Positions 25,836 through 39,170 of a stretch of 64,000 bases of DNA are shown in pieces (within the stretch, counting starts at the first letter, position 1; every line of letters starts with the position of its first letter). Below the pieces are notes generated by a model. It was not told where the DNA came from and searched no databases. It was given only the letters and a program-made list of their open reading frames with translations. The DNA lies in assembly GCA_038087875.1 (NCBI GenBank), contig CM075987.1, forward strand, positions 14,694,001 through 14,758,000, in the 5' to 3' direction. The stretch comes from Malacoraja senta (lineage: Eukaryota). The position numbers and the translations under genes are program-made.

Positions 25836-27289
25836 ATCATGGGCTAATGATTTACTATGGGAAGGGCACAGTGTATATGGGCATTGGCTGAAGAGACGAT
25901 AGAGCTTTGATGCCAGTCAAATGTTCCATCAATAGTCAACATTTCAGAGCGAATGTGCAGGCACAACATCTAACAGCCTCCTGTGTTATATAACAACCCG
26001 GTCCATTGCTCAGATGCACAAAATATGAGTAGAAGCAGTGACCAAGATTATGGTCAGTGTTGAGATTTAAGCAGCATCTTCAAGCATTAGAGGGGAGGTT
26101 TTATCAAGGGAATTGTGAGTCCAGGAACTCGAACAGCTGAAGCAACGCTGCCAATTGTGGAGTGAAACGGGCAACTTTCCTGTTTAAAAAAAAAACAGCT
26201 GCTTGGCTGAATCAGTGAAGGGCGCTCAGTTTTTGAGGCGTGCTATCCTAACCAGAACTGGAATCTTGGAAGAACGAAGAACCAAACGGGGAGTTAATAA
26301 GAAGCAAGATGTCAGCTGTAGTTTCAGTGTTTGAGCTGACTGAAATAGAGGTGGGAAGATGATTAGTAACTTCTGTAAATATTTAGCTTGGCTTCCTGCT
26401 TTGGTAATGGATCCAAGTCAATTTGGCATCTCCTCATCTTCTCGTAGTAAACTTTATGAGCTAGACTATGTGGGTCTAATGAAGTGAGCAGACTTGAACA
26501 GGACCTTTGTGCTTTCCCCTCTCTCAATCTTGTTGAATTTTGCCTCCTACATGTAAACTCTGAATGCAGGTAACATTTAGGATCAAGTCTGAGGGTTGCT
26601 GAGGAAGAGAGGAGTCATTGCCAACCAGGGAGGTTCATTACAAAGCCCCACACTTTCAAACTACTTATATGGAGAAACATTTGTAGCCATGTATGTTTCA
26701 AGCGGCAGGAGAAGATTTGCTCTGGGTCCTCTATGCAATGTCATTACATTTCTGCATAGATACAGTCCTCTGATAAGGTTCTGATTGTTTGAGGCAAGTG
26801 ATTACGGAAGTAAAAGTTGTGAATTTAAAATAGATATTACGAGACAACAAGTATAATGAGCATTACAACCTCTGCCCATTTGACTCGTAGAAACATACCA
26901 AAACTCATACTGCTTGATTTTGGTGCCTAATCAGTCAACCATACTAATGTCTTTCTTATCATGTCAATGAGGAGCTCAATTCTGTGAGTGTTTAGCACTG
27001 GTTTAGATTATCCTGAACATCTGGAATGGGAGATGCCTTGTGTTGGAAACTGCATTATTACTACAGAAATTATTTGAGCAATGCATTGGAAAACTCAGTA
27101 AAATCGTGGAGAGGAAGATGGTTACCAACTATTCTCCAGAAGTTTTCCAAATATACGCTGAAAAGGCAATTGGAAGAGAGATCTGTGGTTACTTGGTAAA
27201 CTTAAGGGCTGCAAGGCTTTCAATGACGTCACTTGAGCGATCCATGTAAGTTTTCGTATCTTCAAATGTTCCATTACGTCAAATTATAT

Positions 27290-27386
27290 TCAGACTGAAG
27301 AAGGGTCTCGACCCGAAACACCACCCATTCCTTCACTCCAGAGATGCTGCCTGTCCCGCTGAGTTACTCCAGCTTTTGGTGTCTAA
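27290..27386 (+). mobile_element. Single-arm Penelope-derived short element with hammerhead core (triplet mutated)
   Basis: CTGAAGAAGGGTCTCGACCCGAAACACC at 27295-27322, followed by the family arm sequence. Confidence 0.8.
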
Positions 27387-29116
27387 TTAATTAACGGTGA
27401 TTGATATGTTTGTGCATGTTACCGGGGTTGTCCCCAGTCAGCCTCACAGCCCATGGACGGAGGCTTAGGAGGAAAGGGCACATTATCTGTGGTAAGACAA
27501 AGACAGGACAAGCCAGAGCGAACCTGCAGAGCGGCACCAGTTATAACCTGACCACCCTGACAATTCCTGTGTCCGTTTGGTAAACCACCTCACATTTGCC
27601 CCTCACTTGGCCATCTTTATTAAAACGATCAGCTTCTAACATCTTTCTCTTTTGCTGAAGGCTCCACCTCCTCTCTTTCATCAGTGCAGCTGCAAGTGGA
27701 AATTGATTTTAATTTGAGACTGCCTAAATTACAAGGGAGAGCAGAGTCCACAGAGGAACATAAAATACCATGCAATGTGAAGCTCGATCTGGTCATTGCA
27801 GATGGGGCGCAGGTGCACTGCAAAACGGTAGCTGAGTGTATGTCTGCAGAGGGAGAGGGGGTGGGAGAGCGGAGGCGGAGGGGGAGGGGGGGGCAGCTGT
27901 GGGAAAACACATTCACTTTAATTGCCTTTTAAACCAGCGGATTCTGCTGAGTGTGATTATTTTTTTCATTCCTGATGCAGGATCTCCACCTTTGTCTTAG
28001 GTTTGCCCCGACTTGTCCACGCTGACCAAGATGCCCCATTTAAGCTGGTCCCATTTGCCTGCATTTGTCCCATATCCTTCTAAACCTTTCCTGTCCATGT
28101 ATAGTCCAAAGTCCTGGTAACAATATGTTTCTGGTTGCAGCATTTATCTTCAGTTTCAGAAGATGGTTAGATTGGATTAGCCCTAGGGGAGTATGAAGAA
28201 AAATACCAGTATGTTCAATGGTATGTGTTTCATTCACCCTGTGGCGTATCCACATAGACCAGGAAGGATCCTTGGCGTCATTCCTTGGTCAAGGCTGAAT
28301 AATTTCTGCCTCCAGGCAAGGACAGTATTGAGCTTGGCTGTGATTACTGAACTTCTGGTCATTGCTTAGGATAGAACTGAATAGAGGCCACTTAAGTTAC
28401 GTGTGTGAAAGTTGGTCAACCTGTTGGAGAAAATAAATAAACAACGTTCCTGTTTAAACAATGCATGATACCGATTTCAAGTTGCAAAAGATGTCAGCTC
28501 CTGCCTAACAATTCAAGCTTGTCACGGGTCCAAGTGGATTCTTTCTTTCTCCTTTATGTCGAGATACCTCCCACTGAGGCCCATTCACATCTGTACAATC
28601 TCCCAGCTGGTGAGATGGGTTGGCCGTGCCAGAGTTAATATGTTTCCAAAATCAGCATTGGAGAGACCTGAATGGGGGAGTTTTCCTCCGTGTTTGCTAC
28701 TCTCTTACTAATGGCCGTAGAAATGTTGGGAAGTTCCTGGACCTCCCGACTCCCCCAATGGTGACATACACTGTGAATGAGGCTGGGTGGTCTCTGATAC
28801 CTGCTCGCCTTTCATATCTTAGCCTAAACTCAACTATGTTGAGTTGGATAGGGCAGTTCTGTGAAATGTGGGCCAGGTTAAAAATCAAGCTGGAGTTAAG
28901 ATGTGTGGGGGGAAAGAGGGAGTGGGAGGAAGGAGGGAGGCGGCAAACATTGTGAAGGAGGCTGAGTGATCTCTGATGCCATCTGGTGGACAGCAAGAAG
29001 GGGACAGATTGAAATGTCACTCTCCCAGCATTAGGTAGGGGTTAACTCAGCAGCATTAGGTAGGGGGTTAACAAACAGATAAAAATTGCATGTGAGCAAA
29101 ATATCTACTTCAACTA

Positions 29117-29309
29117 AGGTACACAAAAAAATGCTGGAGAAACTCAGCGAGTGCAGCAGCATCTATGGAGCGAAGGAGATAGGCAACGTTTCGGCCCGAA
29201 ACGTTGCCTATCTCCTTCGCTCCATAGATGCTGCTCCACCCGCTGTGTTTCACCAGCATTTTTTTGTGTACCTTCAATTTTCCAGCATCTGCAGTTCCTT
29301 CTTAAACAC
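29117..29309. mobile_element. Fold-back Penelope-derived element with 14-bp TSD
   Basis: Near-perfect ~155-bp hairpin centred on gtttcggcccgaaac (about 29195). TSD ATCTACTTCAACTA at 29103-29116 and 29310-29323. Confidence 0.9.
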
Positions 29310-30589
29310 ATCTACTTCAACTATGCTGTCAAACCATATCTACAGATCTATAAGATGGCAGCTGGCACAAAGGAGCAGGTGAGTAGGCATCAGCATCAGC
29401 CTTGTGGTAAGGCACAATGACTGAACCTCCAAAAAAACAACAAATGACAAAATCACCACTGCATCAATTCGAGACAGGCCATCCAATTTCACTCACAAAG
29501 GCATCGATTTCCCGATTTATTGGGCCAGGAACCAAATTTTTCCCAACGAAAACTGCATTTTCACCAATCCCTGCAGATGTGGTCACAAATCCATGCAGAG
29601 CAGGTGCTAATTTAACAACAAAAAATAACATGCAGTGCAATAGTGTCACTATTTCCCTGATCAGGTATGTCAATAGTGAGAAATGAATTAGCCCTGTGGG
29701 CTAATTAGTATTATAAACACAATCAGAAAGCGGCAAGGAAACAGATTGTCTCAGTAAATGAGGCTCGTAGAACACAGATGTGCAGACTCCATCTCCTCGT
29801 CTGTCCAAGTGGAAGTACTTGTTGATGCAGTGGATTAGGCACAGGCATACAAGCCTGAATCCTGCATCTGAATCCAGCCCAGAGAAAAGGATGTGACTCC
29901 TGTATGTGTAGAGTGGGGATCATTGGCTGTTCCCAGCCCTTGTTGTGCACAGGCACTCAGTACAAAGTTGCAATAACTGACAACACAACTTAGAGCACAG
30001 GGATGGCTGTTGTGTGAAATCAAACAACATTGCTCTAATACCTTATGTTTATAAATCAACAGCTTTGATCTAAATCTCACCTAGCCTGTGGCGTTCTTGT
30101 TTATTTTAGACAAAATTAGTTGTGCACAATTTGTTCAACAGTCTGCTGGTGCAGTCTTTTCAGATTCACACCCTCCACTGATGCTTAATCTTAAAGTCAT
30201 AGAAATGTAGAAACATACAGCACAGAAACAGGGCCCTTCAGCCCATCATGCCCCTGCCAACTACTCACCTACACTAATCCCATTTACCAGCACATGGTTT
30301 GTGGCCTTCTGTGGCCGGGCGATTCAAGTGCTTGTCTATGTAGTTTTTAAATGTTGTGGGAGTTCCCATCTTCCACGTCCCTTCAGATGTTTTGTTCTGG
30401 ATTCCATCTATCGTCTGAGAGTTCTTCCCCAATTCCCCCCCCCCCCCCCCCTAAACCTCTTACCGCTTACTCTGAACCTATGGTTTTCAGTTTTATGGAA
30501 TTTCAGCTGTGAGGAAAAGTTTCCTACCTATGCTGTCAGAAATGTGTATACAAAAATTAGAGTGTCACATTGAAAAAACCAAGTTGGAA

Positions 30590-30960
30590 CAACTGGTTGC
30601 ATTTCAGGGTGGAGGGGTGTAACTGGTGGAGTCCACCAGAGATCTATTCTTGGCCCTCAATTGTTCACTATTTACATTAAAGACTGGTGGACAGAATAAA
30701 ATGTAAGGTTTCAAAGTTTGTATATGATACAAAAATAGTGGTAGGGTATGTTGTGATGAAGATATTGCGATTCTGCCATGGGATCCAGACAGATTGAGTG
30801 ATTAGACGAAAATCTGGTCAATAGAGTTTAATATAGGGAAGTGTGAGGCGATTGGTTTGAAAGGAACCAATATATTTAGGGTAAGGGCCTGATGTGGGCA
30901 AATGGAACTGGTGCAGATGTGCAATAAGGCCATCATTCATGTGGTTGAATTTTCTGCGCT
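30590..30960 (+). mobile_element. CR1-like RT fragment
   Basis: gtaactggtggagtccaccagagatctattcttggccctcaattgttcactatttacatt (TGGVHQRSILGPQLFTIYI) and a KFxDDTK-like motif. Confidence 0.65.
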
Positions 30961-31244
30961 GTTCAATCTCTGAATCTTTCCTGAGTCACACACCATCTGC
31001 TGTGCATGAACTAATTGGAGAAAGGAGAGAAATCCTTGCATTTGTGAGCACAAATCTGAGATAAGTGGGAGTCAAAAATAACCGCGAGGGCCTTGTGAAA
31101 ACAATTCTCTCATTGCATTAAAAATTTGAAAAGGATGCACTTTCCGTCTGTGGTGTGACTTCTCCATTAGTTCATCTGCCTTATTGTACTCCTGCTAATT
31201 TATCGTACCAGAAACCTAAGACGGCATCGGTTTTAGAGACACTA

Positions 31245-31410
31245 GTCACTGCAAAGCTGGAATCCTGAGCAAAAAAACAAAAGTGCTGGAGGAACTCATT
31301 GGGCCAGGCAGCATCGGTGGAGGAAAATAAACAGTGTTCTCTTCTTCAGAGCTGACGCATTCACTCTCCATTTCCTCCACAGATGCTGCCAGGCTTGCTG
31401 TGTTGGTGCA
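31245..31410. mobile_element. Older fold-back Penelope-derived element
   Basis: ggccaggcagcatcggtggaggaaa ... tttcctccacagatgctgccaggc inverted arms with a central cttcttcag. Confidence 0.65.
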
Positions 31411-31967
31411 TAGCATTCCGTTTTGGTTTAGTGCTCCTAAATTGAACATGGCGCCTTGAATAGAGCTCCAAATGCCATTCAAAATTGCACAGAGAATACG
31501 ATAATACGTCAGGACTGCAGGGAGGGTGAATGCATCGGGATTGGAACCCATGACATGGTCCTTTCTCCTAGTCTGCACATAGCTAGTGTTTAAATTCAAT
31601 TATTTAAATCCTTTTCAACACAGAACAGTCTGCTCATCTATTTTCTAATGCATTTCTGTCAAAGGAGGACCTCAGTCATCCAATTGAACAGAGGGGATTT
31701 ATTTTCTGGCCTTGGCTTCATCAGGCTTTAGGGTTTTGTGGAGAGAGAATTTGCTGAACAAACTGAATAGAAAAAGGATAGAATGTTATTTTGCTAACCT
31801 TGACATATTTTGCTGGTGCATTGTTTGTACATCCGTGGTGCGGAGAAGCATTAACCCACTTCACGACTTCCACCTGCTGATACATCTGTCCTGTGTCAAC
31901 CTCAGCTGTGGGCAGCATTCTGACCTCTGAGACAGATCTTTGTGGGTTTATATCTAGTGCCATTTAT

Positions 31968-32236
31968 TTGGGACAGTTTCTTCCCAGCTGTATCAGGCAA
32001 CTGAATCATTCTACCACAACCAGAGAGCATTCCTGAACTGCTATCAACCTCATTGGTTACCCTTGGACTATTCTTGTTTGGACCTTGCTGCCTTTACTTT
32101 GCTCTAAACATTATTCCCTTATCATGTATCTATACACTGCAAAAGGATCGATTATAATCATGTATTGTCTTTCTGCTGACTGGATAGCACGTAACAAAAG
32201 CTTTTCACTGTACCTCGGTACAGGTGACAATAAACT
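31968..32236 (+). mobile_element. LINE 3' end (Rex1-like)
   Basis: gacagtttcttcccagctg..caggcaactgaa (DSFFP...RQLN) and 3' end cttttcactgtacctcggtacaggtgacaataaac. Confidence 0.6.
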
Positions 32237-33529
32237 TGGGTGCATGTTCTAATCTTGCACAAGTTGATGGCACAGTCATCTGCGTGGGTCCAGAGGTGAA
32301 TTAAAATTAAAAAGTGACTGTTTTTCTCAGGCATTATTACACATACTTGTGATTTATAATTACTGGTCAGTAGTCTACCCCCGCTCCCTTACTCACCTCT
32401 TAGCTGCATTCCAGCCCTTCTTGTCTGCAGGGAAAAAAAATCCCAGAAAAGATGAAGGGATTTTCCCAATGTCCCAGAAAAACCTTTCCACCATTAATAT
32501 CACTGAAGCATATTATCTACACAGAGCAAGCTCTGGCAATCACTAACAACCACTTAATATGCTTGTGTGATATGAGAGGTGGAAAGGTCCTGGCCAGATC
32601 TTCTTTAGTGTTTTGGGATCTTTTAGCTCCAGTCGGGGTAGGCTGGGTTGTGAGGAAAGGGTAAGGAGGTGAGTGTAGTAGCAGTGGCATGGCCTACTGC
32701 CTAGTAATCATCACGCACAAGTGATTTAACGGTACATTGCGGAGTTACTAGTAATGGATTTAAAGGGGCAATGGGCAAAGTTAAACTGGTCCTGCACAGA
32801 GAGTAGGGGGAATAGAGTAGAGGCACGGCACATTCTTCCCACACTACTATTGATTGTGGGACTACAATAATGAACAAGGCCACATAAGTTTAACTGTCTA
32901 CTCTCAGTTCATCACAATATTTGAACAAAGACACAGAGGGTGGTGCAGGGGAAATTATGAATATTCAGGGACAATTGAATGGGTCTTCATCAAAAACATT
33001 AATTAACACTTACTCTCTTAACACCAGTTCCTCAATCTCTAGACACAGAACTTTATTGGTTGAGGAAACAGGAGGACTAATCCAACCACTGCCGTTCACC
33101 ATGAAATTCGGTGATATTTTTTTTAATGGAAAATTAATTGAGATCAACTTACCTGTGATTCGTAGGAAAGGATTTGATTGTACAACAGAACAATGAAGCA
33201 ATCACTGGACTGCACTTCACAACCGAATCATAGAACAAGTCAGAGGACAGAGTATCCACGACTGGACAATGATGTATGGGCTTATCCCACTGAGGGACTG
33301 TTCAATTTCAAACCGTGAAATGGTTAATATCTTTCCAATCAATTCAATATGTTGAACAACGAGCACCATCCGCTGGCATGTCAATGATGGATCACTTTGC
33401 ATTCCAAATCCACACACAATCAGCTACCCTGTGAAAGGCTTAGCTGGTTAAAGAGTGACAAACACATCCCCACAGACCAGAAGCGGATCTTCAAGTTGGT
33501 ATTGAGGAAGTTAGAGTTTTAAGTCATAA

Positions 33530-33858
33530 AGAGGTACAGCATGGAAACAGGACCTTAGGCTCACTGAGTCTACACCTACCATCAACTACCGACCTACATA
33601 AATCCTACGATAACCCTATTTTATTTTTTATCACATTCTCAACAATCCCTCCTAGATCCCATCCCTCACCCGCACACTAGGGCCATTTACACTAGCCAGT
33701 TAAGCTGCTAATGTCCCCATCTTGGGAATGTGGGAGGAAACTGGAGTAGGCAGAGGAAACCCACAGAGTCACTGGCAGAATGTGCAAACTCTGCACAGAG
33801 GTTGAGAGTGAAGCTGGGTCACTGATGCTGTGGCTCCATTAACTGCACCACCGGGCTG
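33530..33858 (-). mobile_element. V-SINE/HE1-like SINE
   Basis: Same head, V-domain and tail motifs on the minus strand. Confidence 0.75.
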
Positions 33859-34404
33859 CCTCAAATTAGGTTGAATTGGGGCCAGCAATTCTGAGTATGG
33901 TTATCGACCTTCTTTAATCATTCCTGGATCATCTCCAGGAAAGAAGAATTAATGTCTTGGCCTTTGCTGCCAGTAGCCCGAAAGAAAAATCATTGTGGCA
34001 TTATTTTAAATGTGTGTTTTGTTCAGTTTCTTTTAAGAGTTCTTTGCAAGCAATGACAATTACAGGCAATGAAAGGCAAACAAAGATCAATTGGACTCGA
34101 GAGTTTCTGTGTTGAACAAATGGAAATGCCAAGTTTCCCTCACCTATGACATCCAAAGTAGAAAGGAAAGGGGTGGGCAAAAACACCTTGATTCTGAAAA
34201 AAAGATGAGACTTGCAAGCACAAAATAATCCAAGCCTTTATCCTGGTGGAGGTTCATGATGAAAAGATTAGCAGACGGCTAAAGAAACCTCAAGAATTGT
34301 TAATCTGTTCATTTCCTCTTATTGCAGACTTTCAGTCATTTGTAATCTCTTTATTTTTACTCAGTCTGCTCTATACGTGATCCAGTAGTATGCCAATGTT
34401 GTTT

Positions 34405-34835
34405 ATTCTTAGACATAAGAAACTACAGATCCTGGAATCATGAGTAAAAGACAAATTGCTGGAATTCAGCAGGTCAGGCAGAGTCTGTGGAGGGAATGCA
34501 TAGATTAGTGGTGAATCTCTGGAACTCTCTGCCACAGAGGGTAGTTGAGGCCAGTTCATTGGCTATATTTAAGAGGGAATTAGATGTGGCCCTTGTGGCT
34601 AAAGGGATCAGGGGGTATGGAGAGAAGGCAGGTACGGGATACTGAGTTGGATGATCAGCCATGATCATATTGAATGGCGGTGCAGGCTCGAAGGGCCGAA
34701 TGGCCTACTCCTGCACCTATTTTCTATGTATCTATGTATCTATGACGTTTCAGGGCGGGACCCTGCTTCAGACTGAAATGTTGGATGTCCATTTTCCTCG
34801 ACAGAGATGCTGCCGAACGCCTCCAGCAGTTTACT
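34405..34835. mobile_element. Fold-back PLE-derived element with a nested CR1 3' fragment (about 34506-34742, +)
   Basis: The arm is broken at gcatagat| and resumes at tgacgtttcagggcgggaccctgcttcagact. The insert encodes VVNLWNSLPQRVVEA.. and has the tail gaagggccgaatggcctactcctgcacc..(ctatgtat)n. Confidence 0.8.
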
Positions 34836-36184
34836 GTTCACTCTTATGTTTGATTTTTAAACTGCTGCACCACTTTCCCAGAATGAAAAGGAGATGGTGA
34901 TGAAAATCAAGCGAGTCAGAACATAGTATCTTCAAACGTTTGTGGATTTCCATGCCAATGGCTGAGGTCGCCTCCAGCAGGCCTAGTTTACCATTGTAGA
35001 TCAAACATCATTCAATAATATTATTGGATGTGTTTAAACCAGATATTGTATTGAAGGAGTTATAGATGTAAATTCAAAATGTCATTAAGAAAGCAAAAAT
35101 AACATGACCAAAGGATTTGTGAGCTGGATAAAAGTAATTTATAGTCCATTCTGTATTGTGGGATTGGGTCAAGTGCTTGGCTTATGCTTTGTCCCATTTT
35201 CTGATCAACTTACGTTACGGGCGAAAATTGGTGGGGAAGAGACAGAACCAAAAATATAGAAAATATCATATCCCCATACTGAGGCGCACATTGGGCATCC
35301 AACGACAGATTTCCCCTTTCTTACAATGGGTGGTGAATATCTGGAATTCTTTACCCCATGAGGATTGTGGAGGCTGGATCATTGGGGGTGTGTAAAGAGT
35401 AGGAGATAATTTCTGAAAGATGAGGGAATTGAGAGCTATGAGGAATTGGCACAAAAGAGGAGATGGGATCTGGGGCAGATCAACCATGATTATATGGAAT
35501 GACCAAGCAGGCTTGAGGGGCCAAGTGGCCTACTCCTACAATTGTTTTCTCATGTTCGCTGTTTCTTTGCATGTTTTGTGTAAAAGTGAAACTTTATGGA
35601 TGCATCATGCCATTTAAAATATATATTTGCACACTTATTTCTGGTTGTCCGAGAACTTTTAAGATCTCAGTCAAGTTCTGTAGATCAGGCCAAGCTAAGT
35701 TTCACTAAGGGAATCACTTGGGATGCTTTCAAGACACAACTGTAAATGGCAAGTATATGATTTGTAATCTCTCAACAATAACACACTAGGTCATACTAGT
35801 AAAAATATCAATGCATGTTTTGCTTCCAAGAGCAAATTGGTTCCAACTGCATCAGGTTTACATTTTCAGAAGGTAAAGGAAAGAAGTAAGGCTTTTGATA
35901 GGTCCCTCATGGTAGCTGATCCAGAAGATTTAGATATACGGGATTCACAATGACTGTGAAGATTCGGAACTGGCCTTATTCATAGAAGAAAGGTTGTGGC
36001 GGGAGGTAGATATTCTGGCTGGAGGTCAGTGACCAGTGAAGTTCCGCAGGGATTTGTGCTGGAACGTCTGTTGTTTGTGATATATACAAATGACCTAGAC
36101 ATGGAGATTGGTTGGTGAGTATGTTTGCTGCTGATGCAAAAATTGGAGGAGTAGCAATCAGAAAATCCAATAGGTCTTGGCAGA

Positions 36185-36450
36185 CCGAGTGCAAAAGTTC
36201 AAAGAAACAGTCGCCGAGTCTGTGCTTGGTCTTGCTGATGTACAGGAGGCCTCATTAGGAACACTGGATGCAATAGAGGAGGTGCATGTGAACCTCTATC
36301 TCACCTGGAAGGACTGCTGGGGTCCCTGGATGGATGTGAGGGAGGAGGTATAGGGACGGGTGTTACATCTCCTGCAATTGCAGGGAAAGTACCTGGTGAG
36401 GGGGTGGTTTTGATGGAAATGAATGAGTGAACCAAGGAATTGCAGAGGGA
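36185..36450 (-). mobile_element. Penelope-like element fragment (Cys-rich linker plus start of GIY-YIG)
   Basis: The minus strand reads PSPGTFPCNCRRCNTRPYTSSLTSIQGPQQSFQVR*RFTCTSS..., typical of the PLE linker that precedes GIY-YIG. Confidence 0.7.
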
Positions 36451-37199
36451 GCAGTAAAGATTGGTTGTCTTTATGTTAACGCCAGCTGCATAGGTCACAA
36501 TACTGCACTTAATTGAGGGTTTCAAAACTCAAAATAAACTGACTTACAAATATCGGGTATTGTATTGAATTTACCAACAACTTTCTGCTGTTACCAATTA
36601 TCCAAATAGTTAGTTATACACTGGATTGCCACTGGGGACAATGGTGATTGGCAGGGTCCAGCTGGCTACTGAATTATTTGACCTTAGCTGAAGTGCTAAT
36701 GGATGGCATGTTACAAGGAAACAATCAATCCTATATACATTACAGGCACCAAAGCAAACAATGTAAAGAGAAACAGCGTGCTTGTGCCCAGTTGAGCCCA
36801 TATTGGATGCCCTTCTACACTAAGCAAGCTAACCATTTGCATAATAACTAGAAGACCCGCAATCTCTGATAGAAAGAAGCAAATTTCAATAATTACAACT
36901 CACATACTTGTATATAAATCAATTAACACTGGATCATGTACATGGAAAAGATGGGGATGTTAGGGAGGTGTTGAGCAATCATAGTGATTGAAAAATAACA
37001 CATTTAAAAAAGTATGATAAAGGGTGAGTTTACACTAAAAGCATCATTGGAGTAATGCTTACCCAATACATGCTACACAGTATTTATATGGATAGTTACA
37101 CAATTATATTTTTTGGATAATTTGAACACTCTGCTATTGAAGATGCCGCACCTTTTCTTGTTGTTACATTTATTATATAAATTACATAATCACAATTTC

Positions 37200-37930
37200 A
37201 TTATATGACTTGGAACATTCACAAAGAAAAGGGTCATTCAATAATCAGTCAATGCAGGTATTCCTGAGGCCAGTGGTGTTGGAGCCTTCTACCATTGTTT
37301 CCTTATCCAACCATCATAACCTGCTGATAAACGTTCTATTATCCTCAAATTTTCTCTTGAGGCCAATTATGTTACAGTCATTTTTACTGGATGCTCATCT
37401 CTTTCCAGCTCTGGTTCATTCACCATTGCCCGATCAGGTGGTGAGTCTTTCCTTTTAGTCTAATAGTCTACACCCTTTATGAACTCCATTTCCTTATCCT
37501 CTTTACTCGCTCTTCTGCCTGTTAGTTTCAGTGGAGTTAAAATTCCCCATGAATATTCTATTCTATGGGTGGTCTGAATACTATTGCTTTTGTTATTGAT
37601 CCTTAAGTATTTTCCTTTTCAAATGTAGATTCACTTTTGTCTTACTGATGTACTGGGATTATTTTACCTCTGCTTGCTTTAATGCTTCACCTTTCTTTTG
37701 CTCTGACCAATGTTTCTTTTTTTAAATCCTACAGTGATTAATTTATTCTAATAATCTGGATCCATACACTATATTAATCCTTACAATCCTTTTTTTGTTT
37801 TAAACTGCATGTATTTTAGCATATGGACAATTTGACATTATTAACAGGATTTCCTCTCACTTTATTTTAACCACCGCTTTACATTTATTCTTATAACCCT
37901 ATTTATTCATGTTTTATAGATGAGAATGGC
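37200..37930 (-). mobile_element. Highly degenerate L1/Tx1-like fragment
   Basis: Strong A-rich minus-strand bias; IFMGNFN (APE GDFN-like motif) at about 37538-37558. Confidence 0.35.
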
Positions 37931-37934
37931 ACAT

Positions 37935-38112
37935 CCAAGAAAAGACACAAAATACTGGAGTAATTCATCAGGTCAGGCAGCATCCTTGGAGAACATGATT
38001 AGGTGATGTTTTGGGTCGGGACACTTCTTCAGACTCGAATAATCACCTATCCATGTTCTGACCTGCTGAGTTACTCCAGAATTTTGTGTCTTTCCTTGGT
38101 AAACCAGTATCT
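37935..38112. mobile_element. Fold-back PLE-derived element
   Basis: aagacacaaaatactggagtaa..gaacatgattaggtgat / atcacctatccatgttc..ttactccagaattttgtgtctt. Confidence 0.8.
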
Positions 38113-38119
38113 TTATTTC

Positions 38120-38342
38120 NNNNNNNNNNNNNNNNNNNNNNNNNNNNNNNNNNNNNNNNNNNNNNNNNNNNNNNNNNNNNNNNNNNNNNNNNNNNNNNNN
38201 NNNNNNNNNNNNNNNNNNNNNNNNNNNNNNNNNNNNNNNNNNNNNNNNNNNNNNNNNNNNNNNNNNNNNNNNNNNNNNNNNNNNNNNNNNNNNNNNNNNN
38301 NNNNNNNNNNNNNNNNNNNNNNNNNNNNNNNNNNNNNNNNNN
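38120..38342. other. Assembly gap (N run)
   Basis: N characters. Confidence 1.
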
Positions 38343-38696
38343 CTTGACCGCTTTTGGCTCACTGTGCTTTGATTTCCGAGAGAACGCCGCCACCTACGAC
38401 CATCATTTTGGCCACCTCACTCAGTGCCCCCCTCCGCCTTCGTGGACCTGAGGATTTTTCCATTGATGAAAATCAGAGAGATATTAATGTTTTCTAAAAA
38501 TTTGCCATTTTCTCTGCTGCCCCTGCTGGAGGGTGGGGGAGGGACTATAAAACCAGGAAGTGGTGTGCCTCACTCAGTCTCTGCTAGATGGAGGAAGCCA
38601 GAGGGTCACGTCTATCTGAGCTCAGAATAACACTGAACACATGTCTACTCAACTGTGAGTGCCCTTAATGTGGTTTGAAAATGAAAATATGGTTGG

Positions 38697-39170
38697 TTTG
38701 AAGTAAAAAGGCACTGCCTGCAAATGGTTGTTTGGGGGGTTTGTGTTGAAGTAAAAAGGCACTGCTTGCAAATGGTTGTTTGGGAGGTTTGGGTTGAAGT
38801 GAAAAGGCACTGCCTGTAAATGGTTGTTAGGGGGGTTTAGGTTGAAGTGAAAAGGCACTGCCTGCAAATGGTTGTTTGGGGGATTTGGGTTGAAGTGAAA
38901 AGGCACTGCCTGCAAATGGTTGTTTGGGGGGTTTGGGTTGAAGTGAAAAGGCACTGCCTGCAAATGGTTATTTGGGGGGTTTGGGTTGAAGTGAAAAGGC
39001 ACTGCCTGCAAGTGGTTGCTTGGGGGGGGGGGGTTGGGTTGAAGTGAAAAGGCACTGCCTGCAAATGGTTGTTTGGGGGGTTTGGGTTAAAGTGAAAAGG
39101 CACTGCCTGCAAATGGTTGTTTGGGGGGTTTGGGTTGAAGTGAAAAGGCAATGCCTGCAAATGGTTGTTT
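38697..39170 (+). repeat. 48-bp minisatellite, ~10 copies (ggttgaagtgaaaaggcactgcctgcaaatggttgtttggggggtttg)
   Basis: Direct inspection; the ORF track shows a 16-aa periodicity (NHLQAVPFHFNPNPPN). Confidence 0.95.

Noticed and set aside
29117-29275. Pre-miRNA or DNA-transposon MITE interpretation of the hairpins
   Set aside because: The family is multi-copy with variable 9-15 bp TSDs, asymmetric termini and sequence continuity with Penelope GIY-YIG fragments.
37973-38451. ORFs spanning X runs (also 39561..40431)
   Set aside because: Artefacts of N gaps.
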